Shown: piece by piece, positions 1-7,236 of the stretch
How the letters are laid out: the number at the start of each line of letters is the position of its first letter
How positions within the stretch are numbered: the stretch's first letter is position 1
DNA from: a virus
Lineage: Duplodnaviria; Caudoviricetes
DNA: 50,026 nt
IMG/VR virus record: IMGVR_UViG_3300010413_000052
Coordinates: 1-50,026 of that record
Direction: 5' to 3' (one strand)
Program-made: the position numbers and the translations under genes
The notes under the pieces: model-generated
Told to the model about the DNA's origin: nothing
What the model saw: only the letters and a program-made list of their open reading frames with translations
The model's database searches: none

Positions 1-15
1 CGGCGCGAACAACCT
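1..15. repeat. Terminal direct repeat, left copy (candidate cos end or circular assembly overlap)
   Basis: CGGCGCGAACAACCT at 1-15 is identical to 50012-50026. Confidence 0.9.
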
Positions 16-54
16 GGGACTTTTTTTCAAGATTTATCACAGAACCTACTACAC

Positions 55-108
<54 letters not shown>

Positions 109-115
109 ATATTTA

Positions 116-1168
116 TTATCTATTCTCTATGTATTGTTTTATATTATAATATATAATTCTTGCTACCCAATTAAAAAATTCATCTTTTGAGAGTGCTCTT
201 TTGGAAAGATTACATAATTTACAACAAGAAACCACATTCTCTTTTATATATCCTATTGTATTATCAACACGATCTATACCGTTATATTTAGATCCATCAC
301 CTAACAAACTATACCCCTCACAACCACAATAATAACACCGATGTAATATTAGATTGGTAAATTGTTTTTTAGATAAATTAAATACATAACCTCTTTTTTC
401 TGCACTTTTTTTATATTGATTATATTTTTGTTCTATAAAACGATCTTTTTTCTTTTGTTTTTTATATTTTCTATCTTCATTTGATTCACGTCTAGTGCAT
501 ATGCCGCAACTAGTGCTTCCACCAACACGTAAATTATGTCCTCTTATTTTCTTCTCTACCCCACAATCACATTTAACAATGTATAATAGATTGCCGTTTT
601 TTGTTTTTTCATATCCTACTACCTCTATTCTACCGTTACGATATCCTATTTCTTTTCTGTTATATCGGTTGTTTTTATTACAACCACAACTTTTAGTTTT
701 ACCTCTAAGAATAGATCCAAGTCTTATTTCTTTTTCGTTACCACAATCGCATTTACATAAAGCAATATGTTTTGTTTTCTTTTTATAAACAGACTTAATT
801 ATTAGCATTTCATATTTTTTATTAATATACCTTAGTTTACAACTACAATCTTTTTTTCTGCCTCTTCTTAAATCTGTACCAGTAGATATCGTCTCTTTAC
901 TGCAATATACACACCTAAGTAAATATTTTACATCACCACTTGCATTCTTACCAATTTCTTTTACTACTTTTTTATCACCATATTGTTTGCCTGTTTCTTC
1001 TTTTTTATGTAAACAACCACAACTTCGAACCATTCTTCTTTTTAAATCTGTTAATCTAACAATTTTATGATTACCGCAATCACACAAACATAAAACAGTC
1101 TTATGACCAGTATAATTTAAATATAATTCTTCTATAATAGTTAACTTTCCAAAATTTTTATTTATCAT
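116..1168 (-). CDS. HNH-type endonuclease with repeated Cys-rich (CxCDCG) N-terminal modules
   Basis: C-terminal CYYCG...GIDRVDNTIGYIKENVVSCCKLCN HNH-like core; repeated CxCDCG...SCGC units; lies next to the genome end and TerS, as is common in cos phages. Confidence 0.8.
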   Translation of the reverse strand: MINKNFGKLTIIEELYLNYTGHKTVLCLCDCGNHKIVRLTDLKRRMVRSCGCLHKKEETGKQYGDKKVVKEIGKNASGDVKYLLRCVYCSKETISTGTDLRRGRKKDCSCKLRYINKKYEMLIIKSVYKKKTKHIALCKCDCGNEKEIRLGSILRGKTKSCGCNKNNRYNRKEIGYRNGRIEVVGYEKTKNGNLLYIVKCDCGVEKKIRGHNLRVGGSTSCGICTRRESNEDRKYKKQKKKDRFIEQKYNQYKKSAEKRGYVFNLSKKQFTNLILHRCYYCGCEGYSLLGDGSKYNGIDRVDNTIGYIKENVVSCCKLCNLSKRALSKDEFFNWVARIIYYNIKQYIENR

Positions 1169-1173
1169 GTTAC

Positions 1174-1386
1174 TTATTTATTAGGCCAATAGGGACTATA
1201 ATTGATTTTAATCTGTGTAACCTCATCTTCTTCATCTTCTTGTACAGTCTTGTTTATATCTTCTTCTATTTTATACGATGTACATTTATTTTGTTTATTC
1301 CAAGCCTTATTCTGTTTGCCTTTACATGAACATGCTTCGTTGAAACAAACCTCGCAACAGGTTTTCTTTTGTTTTATTTCTATCAT
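1174..1386 (-). CDS. Small Cys-rich hypothetical protein
   Basis: ORF track; tightly packed in the leftward operon; CCxxC/CxC. Confidence 0.55.
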   Translation of the reverse strand: MIEIKQKKTCCEVCFNEACSCKGKQNKAWNKQNKCTSYKIEEDINKTVQEDEEDEVTQIKINYSPYWPNK

Positions 1387-1529
1387 TCTTTATCTGGGCA
1401 CTCTTTCTTCATAGCTTTAGTACTTATTTCATTTCTTAAATAAACAAGACCACAAGCACAACAATAACTATAACTTATCTTTTTTCCTAGTGGTCTAGTC
1501 TTATGACTCTTATGTATTCTTCTTTTCAC
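1383..1529 (-). CDS. Small putative Zn-binding protein (not in ORF track)
   Basis: Hand translation from GTG: KRRIHKSHKTRPLGKKISYSYCCACGLVYLRNEISTKAMKKECPDKE*; fills the gap and overlaps both neighbours. Confidence 0.5.
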   Translation of the reverse strand: MKRRIHKSHKTRPLGKKISYSYCCACGLVYLRNEISTKAMKKECPDKE

Positions 1530-1882
1530 TAAAAATTCTTTCTACCATGCTTATAAGGTCTATTTTTATTGTATTCCATTTTTCTTTTAATAGCTTCTTC
1601 AAATTCTGGTCCTAATCCAAGACTTCCAACAGTGTCACAAATACGAATAATACAATCTGCTAACTCAACAAGAAATCCTTCCGGTTTACCGTCATTAGCA
1701 AGATATAATTGAATTTCACCATCACGTAATTCATCTAATGCCTCACTAAGCTCTTGATGCATTAAAGCAAGAGAATTACCTAAATAATATTTATCTGTTG
1801 GTATTATTCCATCATAGAAACCTTTTTCAACAGATCTACTGTGTGCCTCAATAATAAGATTTTTTATTGTTATATCTGACAT
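1529..1882 (-). CDS. MazG-like nucleotide pyrophosphohydrolase
   Basis: LALMHQELSEALDELR...ELADCIIRICD...KMEYNKNRPYKHG, typical of phage MazG-like proteins. Confidence 0.8.
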   Translation of the reverse strand: MSDITIKNLIIEAHSRSVEKGFYDGIIPTDKYYLGNSLALMHQELSEALDELRDGEIQLYLANDGKPEGFLVELADCIIRICDTVGSLGLGPEFEEAIKRKMEYNKNRPYKHGRKNF

Positions 1883-1893
1883 GTTTTCTCCTT

Positions 1894-3141
1894 TTATCTG
1901 TCAACTTGTATTTTATAGTGCCAAGTAATACCTCGTTTTTCAGACACACCAAAAGTCACCTGGCAAGGTGCGTTTCCCATTCCCATTTTCTTAATTGCGT
2001 ACTGATCATCAGATTTCAACGATCCGTTAGTAAGAAACTCAATACCACTGAAATCAAACCGATTTACAGTATGAAAATGACCTGTACAAAAATAATTAAA
2101 AGGTGCGCTAGTAAGCATTCTTAAAGCTTTTTCTTTATCTAAACTACCATCAACAAGACTGTTTATTATATCTGGCAACAAGTCTCTTTTCATACTCTCA
2201 ATTGATCTCATCCTTAATGCTCTAGTAGTCATACCATAAAAAGGAATAGTCAAATGAATAGGGATCATATCACCATGAATAATTAAAAAATAATGTCCTT
2301 TTATTTCAACTATTTTATATATACTTTCGTGTTCGATATCTATAATAACGTTTTTAACGTTTTCCATTTTTATCTTTACTATAGACATTGCAATAGTATC
2401 CCAATTTGTAGAATAAGCACTTTCTTTACCTGCAGGTGAACCATGATTTCCAGGTACACAATGAACATAAACAGTACGATAGTTACAAGCCATATTAGAT
2501 AAAAATCCTACCATAGATGGGACAAAATGTTCAAAAATTTGATAATATACAGGACACTCAAATTCATCAGAATTAACATTCTTGCCTATTTTTTCACCAT
2601 TAACTAAATCTCCAAGAGAAAAAACATGAAGATCACGTACAGGATAAAGTTTATCATGTAAACTATGTATTTTTAATGTTCCTAAAGTTAAATTTTCTAT
2701 CCTCTGTTTACAAATATCTGAACTAAAAGACTTTGTTTTTACTCCAAAATGAATATCACTAAAAAGAATAACTTGTGCTTCTTCTTTCTCTTTTTTTGTT
2801 ATACGTTTAAATTTTGGGATAGAAACTATTTTAGGTAATATTTCAATTGGTTTTTCATTTTTTATCTTTTTCCAAATAGCTTCTGCTAATAATTCTTCTT
2901 TTGTTTTCTTTTGTTCCTGTATTTCTAAAGGATTATATGTCTCTACTTTTTTTATACGTCCAAAAGGTTTTTTAGGTAAAATACCATTATCAACTAGATT
3001 TTTTAATACCGCTACAGTTGTATTGCAATTTTCAGCTACTTCTTTTCTTGTTGTATCTATTCTATTCCATTCTTGTAAAAGACTTTGCCATGTAAGACTT
3101 TTTTCTTTTTTTGCTTCTTTAAAATCTTTACTGGTTAACAT
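1894..3141 (-). CDS. Calcineurin-like metallophosphoesterase with possible N-terminal HTH
   Basis: Motifs SDIHFG, LGDLVNG, GNHG, HGD, GHFH. Confidence 0.85.
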   Translation of the reverse strand: MLTSKDFKEAKKEKSLTWQSLLQEWNRIDTTRKEVAENCNTTVAVLKNLVDNGILPKKPFGRIKKVETYNPLEIQEQKKTKEELLAEAIWKKIKNEKPIEILPKIVSIPKFKRITKKEKEEAQVILFSDIHFGVKTKSFSSDICKQRIENLTLGTLKIHSLHDKLYPVRDLHVFSLGDLVNGEKIGKNVNSDEFECPVYYQIFEHFVPSMVGFLSNMACNYRTVYVHCVPGNHGSPAGKESAYSTNWDTIAMSIVKIKMENVKNVIIDIEHESIYKIVEIKGHYFLIIHGDMIPIHLTIPFYGMTTRALRMRSIESMKRDLLPDIINSLVDGSLDKEKALRMLTSAPFNYFCTGHFHTVNRFDFSGIEFLTNGSLKSDDQYAIKKMGMGNAPCQVTFGVSEKRGITWHYKIQVDR

Positions 3142-3828
3142 CTATTTTAATCTCCTTGCACGATCACTCATATATCTAGACATAGTACTTTTCCATGTTT
3201 TAGCACCGACATCTTTTTTTAGAATTTGATCATTTGTGTGTTGCATCCAGGGTCTTTTCTTTTGCCGTGGGATATCACCAATAGCATGTATAAGCTGTAA
3301 TCTAGCTGCACGTCCACCGACAAATTTATAAATACCTTGTCTAATGTTTGTCTCTTTTTGAAGAAAAAATAAACCTTTATACTTCTTACGCCGCAACACT
3401 GCTAGCATTTCTGCATTTCTTTTCGGTTTACTTTTAAAATTCTTTCTAAAAATAACTTGATTAGATCTCTTCAATCTAAGCTTAGGAGAAACTCTCTTTT
3501 GAAGGGCACCACGTCTGGATTGGATAGTAGGTGCTCTGTCTGTCTTAGTACGTCCAAACTCCTGCTCTACAAGGCCGGTAAATCTCTCTCGTTCTATCAT
3601 ACCATATTGTGAAACTAACCGCCCTCTAGTGGACTTCTCATAACGTAGTGACCTAGATATGAACGAACGTGAACGCAGTGTCATATCTTTTGAAATTTGA
3701 TCTGGTGCCAGTTGTTTACCTTGATATGCCATCTTAGTTAAAGTAACTGGCACTGCAGATCTTATCGAACCTTTTAACGCCTTTGAAAAAGCTTTTGCCG
3801 TTGTATTAATTGTTGCCATATTTACCAT
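3142..3828 (-). CDS. Basic protein resembling lambda gpZ-like tail completion/neck proteins
   Basis: R/K-rich; N-terminal SAVPVTLTKMA helix and C-terminal KRPWM pattern; resemblance judged by eye. Confidence 0.45.
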   Translation of the reverse strand: MVNMATINTTAKAFSKALKGSIRSAVPVTLTKMAYQGKQLAPDQISKDMTLRSRSFISRSLRYEKSTRGRLVSQYGMIERERFTGLVEQEFGRTKTDRAPTIQSRRGALQKRVSPKLRLKRSNQVIFRKNFKSKPKRNAEMLAVLRRKKYKGLFFLQKETNIRQGIYKFVGGRAARLQLIHAIGDIPRQKKRPWMQHTNDQILKKDVGAKTWKSTMSRYMSDRARRLK

Positions 3829-4301
3829 TCAAAATGTAATTCAGCATATTCATTAGCATATTCTAATGGAATACAAAAACCTTTACTTGTAGGAGTAGAA
3901 TTAGGAATAAATAACCAATCTGGTTTTTCTTTATGTAATCTTATTAATGTCTTTTTAGAAAAAATCCAAAAATCTTTTTCATCGCCGATACCAAATAACC
4001 AACAATTATCATTCCTATAAATACCACTTAAAATATAAAATTCATTTAATGGGTGCGATTTTTCATGTGTTTCAATATATAAACGATTTGTTTCCCTAAA
4101 AATCTTATCATTTTTTATTTCTAATCCTAAAAGATTCTCCATATATCTTTGATATTTTTTAGAACCAATATTTTGAATAATAATTCCAACAGTACATAAT
4201 TTAAAACAAATATAATCCTGAAATTCTAAAGAATTTTCAAGCTGTAATTTATATATTTTATTATAATCCGATTCGCTCATTTCCATATCTATCCCATCCA
4301 T
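3822..4301 (-). CDS. Hypothetical protein, possible PD-(D/E)xK nuclease
   Basis: LEIKNDK...TNRLYIE pattern; overlaps the MT-A70 gene. Confidence 0.45.
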   Translation of the reverse strand: MDGIDMEMSESDYNKIYKLQLENSLEFQDYICFKLCTVGIIIQNIGSKKYQRYMENLLGLEIKNDKIFRETNRLYIETHEKSHPLNEFYILSGIYRNDNCWLFGIGDEKDFWIFSKKTLIRLHKEKPDWLFIPNSTPTSKGFCIPLEYANEYAELHFEW

Positions 4302-5418
4302 CTACATCAGCCCTAGAAAACAATTCAATTCGTGGACCATGCGGATATAACATATCAATAATAGCTCTAAATTCTTTTGGTTTCTCAGAATGTTCTTTTG
4401 TTTTTTTAATTTCAATAACCGAATTTATTCTCTCATCTATATCCGGTTGACATGAACCTTTAACACAAACCAATAAAATTTCATGTTGAACACTATTATA
4501 ATATCCCCAATTATGAGAAAGTTTATTCCATATAAATGAAGTTTTATATTTAAAACCCCAAGAATTTATAACATCAAAAGCATCTTCTAACATAGGACTT
4601 GTAGTCCATAAAAACAATACTGAATCTTTTAAACTAATAGAATCTACATCTAATTTACAAATCTCCTCAAGAGGCATTGTTTCATAATGTTTAGCTGCAT
4701 GACCGTAATTTTCTGTGTTGCCACTATTACTGTATTCCCAGGGTGGATCAGCATAAATAACACGATATTTACCTGTGGGCCATTCTGTTTTTTCCAGTTT
4801 CTCAATTCTATCTTTTTTCTTTTTCTTAGCTCTATCTGCCCTTATTTCTTTTGCTGCAGCAAGTATTTCTTTTTCACCTTTTGCAACTATTTCATTTTGC
4901 TGTTCTTTCGGGAGCTGCGCTACCTCGGATGCCGTTGACACAGCTACCTTCCCATCCTCAACCATTTTTACAAGATCTGGTGTGCCTTTAGTGTTTACCT
5001 GTCGAGCACGCTGCACAGATGGGACACTTACATTCATCATAGTGGCAGCTTGATCTTGGGTAGATACATCAATTGAGGTATCTACCCGATCACTTCTAAC
5101 ACCACGAGGTAAACCAGCTATTTTATCCGCTATCAGTGACCTTTGGCTTTCGTTCAAGTGGCGACGGTGTAGATTCATACGTACTACAAAAGAAAGTGGA
5201 TCATCACCAAATGCAGTAGTAAAAAAATCTATTTTTGGTTCAATATTTAATAATTCACAGGCTTTAAATCTGTTTCTACCATCTAATATTTTTCCTTGAT
5301 ATAAAATAATTGGTAAATCTAATCCATTATTTTCTATACTTTTTATTAATTCATTAAAAGTAACATCATCCATCATAGGAAAAAGATTTGCTATTTCATG
5401 AAATTCATATTTTTTCAT
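4261..5418 (-). CDS. ParB-like N-domain fused to MT-A70-family adenine methyltransferase
   Basis: ILDGRNR ParB motif; YRVIYADPPW, LFLWTT, WGFKYKT, HSEKP, IELFSR. Confidence 0.9.
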   Translation of the reverse strand: MKKYEFHEIANLFPMMDDVTFNELIKSIENNGLDLPIILYQGKILDGRNRFKACELLNIEPKIDFFTTAFGDDPLSFVVRMNLHRRHLNESQRSLIADKIAGLPRGVRSDRVDTSIDVSTQDQAATMMNVSVPSVQRARQVNTKGTPDLVKMVEDGKVAVSTASEVAQLPKEQQNEIVAKGEKEILAAAKEIRADRAKKKKKDRIEKLEKTEWPTGKYRVIYADPPWEYSNSGNTENYGHAAKHYETMPLEEICKLDVDSISLKDSVLFLWTTSPMLEDAFDVINSWGFKYKTSFIWNKLSHNWGYYNSVQHEILLVCVKGSCQPDIDERINSVIEIKKTKEHSEKPKEFRAIIDMLYPHGPRIELFSRADVDGWDRYGNERIGL

Positions 5419-5424
5419 TTTATT

Positions 5425-6042
5425 TTATCCAAACAACACTCTTGAATATCTCTTAAAAAGATCTTCTATTCCACTAATCACACTCTTCATTATTGGATGA
5501 CAATTAGGTTTTGTCCGAAGCGTAAATATGTGTTTCCATTCTCTCAGATTACAACCTATCACAATTTCAGCTTTTAGTCCAATTGGAAGTACTGACCGTG
5601 CGATTTGTGCAGGTACACCTTCATTAATAAGGCGTAGATAATATCGCTCTGAACGCTGCATTGCCCTTTTCCACCAAAATTCTTGGTGTTCAGTTAAACC
5701 AGGTTGTTCAATGACAGTAATAGTTTCTCCAAACTTACCTTTTGAATAGTTACACCAACGTGTACTCTCTTGGGCAAAAGACGCCAGCCGATGTCTCACC
5801 AATTCATGTGTAAAACCTCGGTCTGCTACAATAAAGACTACAGCATACCCAAACTCTAACATAGCATGATGACCGTTTTTTTGAAGCATTCTGATAAATT
5901 CATTTGCAGAATTCGATCCGCTAGAACCAGGACTCGATTGATAACAGACCCGGCCTATTCTCTCAATTAGTGCCTCTATATTTTCACCGGAGTCAGGTTC
6001 AAAAAATACAACGTCTTTTATATAAGGTTTTATTATATTCAT
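5425..6042 (-). CDS. thyX: Flavin-dependent thymidylate synthase
   Basis: Signature HELVRHRLASFAQESTRW; GHHAMLE; ARSVLP; NLREWKH. Confidence 0.95.
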   Translation of the reverse strand: MNIIKPYIKDVVFFEPDSGENIEALIERIGRVCYQSSPGSSGSNSANEFIRMLQKNGHHAMLEFGYAVVFIVADRGFTHELVRHRLASFAQESTRWCNYSKGKFGETITVIEQPGLTEHQEFWWKRAMQRSERYYLRLINEGVPAQIARSVLPIGLKAEIVIGCNLREWKHIFTLRTKPNCHPIMKSVISGIEDLFKRYSRVLFG

Positions 6043-6083
6043 TATATCCTTTCTATTCAGAAATTAATTTCCAAAGTATTTTT

Positions 6084-6112
6084 ATACTACATTCATACGG
6101 GACCAAATGCAA
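6084..6112 (-). promoter_or_regulatory. Candidate sigma70-type promoter for the leftward thyX operon
   Basis: Minus strand TTGCAT-N17-TAGTAT upstream of thyX. Confidence 0.45.
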
Positions 6113-6136
6113 CAATTTTAAAGCCCTTAAAATGCC

Positions 6137-6406
6137 AGTGACACCTCAAAAAGTCGAAAAAATAACAAATTTCAAAACAATTTCAAATATTTACTAATGT
6201 AGCCAAAGAATAGCCCAATTTCAGCCGAGAGATATTTCTGGGGTGTTTGATGTACCATACATAATAATACATATAGCATAAAACACACACCACCAACATC
6301 CCAGAAATTAGTTTTGGAGTCAAATGACACTATTCTTTGGCTACCAATTTATCTGTTTGAAATTATTGAAAAATTCCTTAAATCTATGATTTTTTGAGGT
6401 GTCACT
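6137..6406. repeat. 270-bp multi-box imperfect palindrome (candidate replication origin)
   Basis: Inverted boxes 6137-6152/6391-6406, 6179-6187/6356-6364, 6199-6213/6330-6344 share one centre; 6234-6247/6295-6308 is 1 bp off that centre. Confidence 0.85.
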
Positions 6407-6573
6407 AAGGCCAATTTTTGGTGATCAGAAGTTGTGTAATTTTTCAGTAAAGATAAAACAGCTATAATTCTTAAATTTAATAAAAATAAGGATTTTAAAC
6501 TTTTTATTTTTACTGTAATTTTTACACTTTTATTGAATTTGACTATTTTAAAAGAGGTGTCATAGTAAATCCC

Positions 6574-7119
6574 ATGAAAGATTTCGTTTATTTTATAAAT
6601 AGGGCTTTTAGTCGTTGGACAATCAACAAGATTAATGACTGGATACTTGACTCAAATTCTCAGTCTATAGTTGTTAAAGGCATAAATGGTGCCGAGTATA
6701 CATTTGATAAAGATGAATTTGATTCAAAATTTTTGAAAAAAAGATCAGAAGTAATTTTGAGAATGAGAGAAAAGAAAAGAAAAGTGGAGGAAAACAAAAA
6801 GAAAAAAGTTGAGGAAAACAAAAAGAAAAGAGCAGAAGAAAACAAAAAGAGACATAAAATAGAAAAAGAAAATGAGAAAATAATAGAACCAACACGAAAA
6901 CTTTTTACAATTTTAGTAAAGAAATTACTATCAAAAAAACAAACAAATGAAATAAAACAGATTATAAAAACACTTCGTCAACTCAGAGGTGGTGAAGAAA
7001 TAGATACCTTCTGGTTGCGTCCGACTATGACAATGCTTTTGTCAGAATATCCCGATTTAGATTTAGACAAATTGCACAGATTTTGTGTGCCGTCGCTGAC
7101 AGATCCCTGGACAATATAA
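6574..7119 (+). CDS. Hypothetical protein with Lys/Glu-rich 8-aa repeats
   Basis: ORF track; KVEENKKK-like unit x3 encoded by a 24-bp tandem repeat. Confidence 0.7.
   Translation: MKDFVYFINRAFSRWTINKINDWILDSNSQSIVVKGINGAEYTFDKDEFDSKFLKKRSEVILRMREKKRKVEENKKKKVEENKKKRAEENKKRHKIEKENEKIIEPTRKLFTILVKKLLSKKQTNEIKQIIKTLRQLRGGEEIDTFWLRPTMTMLLSEYPDLDLDKLHRFCVPSLTDPWTI
6781..6852 (+). repeat. 24-bp tandem repeat x3
   Basis: AAAGTGGAGGAAAACAAAAAGAAA / AAAGTTGAGGAAAACAAAAAGAAA / AGAGCAGAAGAAAACAAAAAGAGA. Confidence 0.85.
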
Positions 7120-7159
7120 AAAACCCCGTCCAGAAAAACCCTAGAAAACCTGGACGGGG
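7118..7159 (-). terminator. GC-rich hairpin with T-tract on the minus strand
   Basis: CCCCGTCCAG (7124-7133) / CTGGACGGGG (7150-7159), 16-nt loop, preceded by an A-run on +. Confidence 0.6.
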
Positions 7160-7236
7160 CGAAAAGGAGCACACAGAAAGAGGAGGCACTCTATTAATGT
7201 CTACCAAAAAATATTTCTTGAGTCAACTACAATTGC

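Noticed and set aside
4261-5418. ParB domain as evidence of a plasmid-prophage partition system
   Set aside because: The ParB-like domain is fused to a methyltransferase, a common phage arrangement, and no ParA is seen.
6137-6406. Palindrome as a MITE, protelomerase site or retron ncRNA
   Set aside because: No transposase, protelomerase or reverse transcriptase is present. The flanks (AATGCC/AAGGCC) are only an imperfect 6-bp match, and the centre is not a perfect palindrome.
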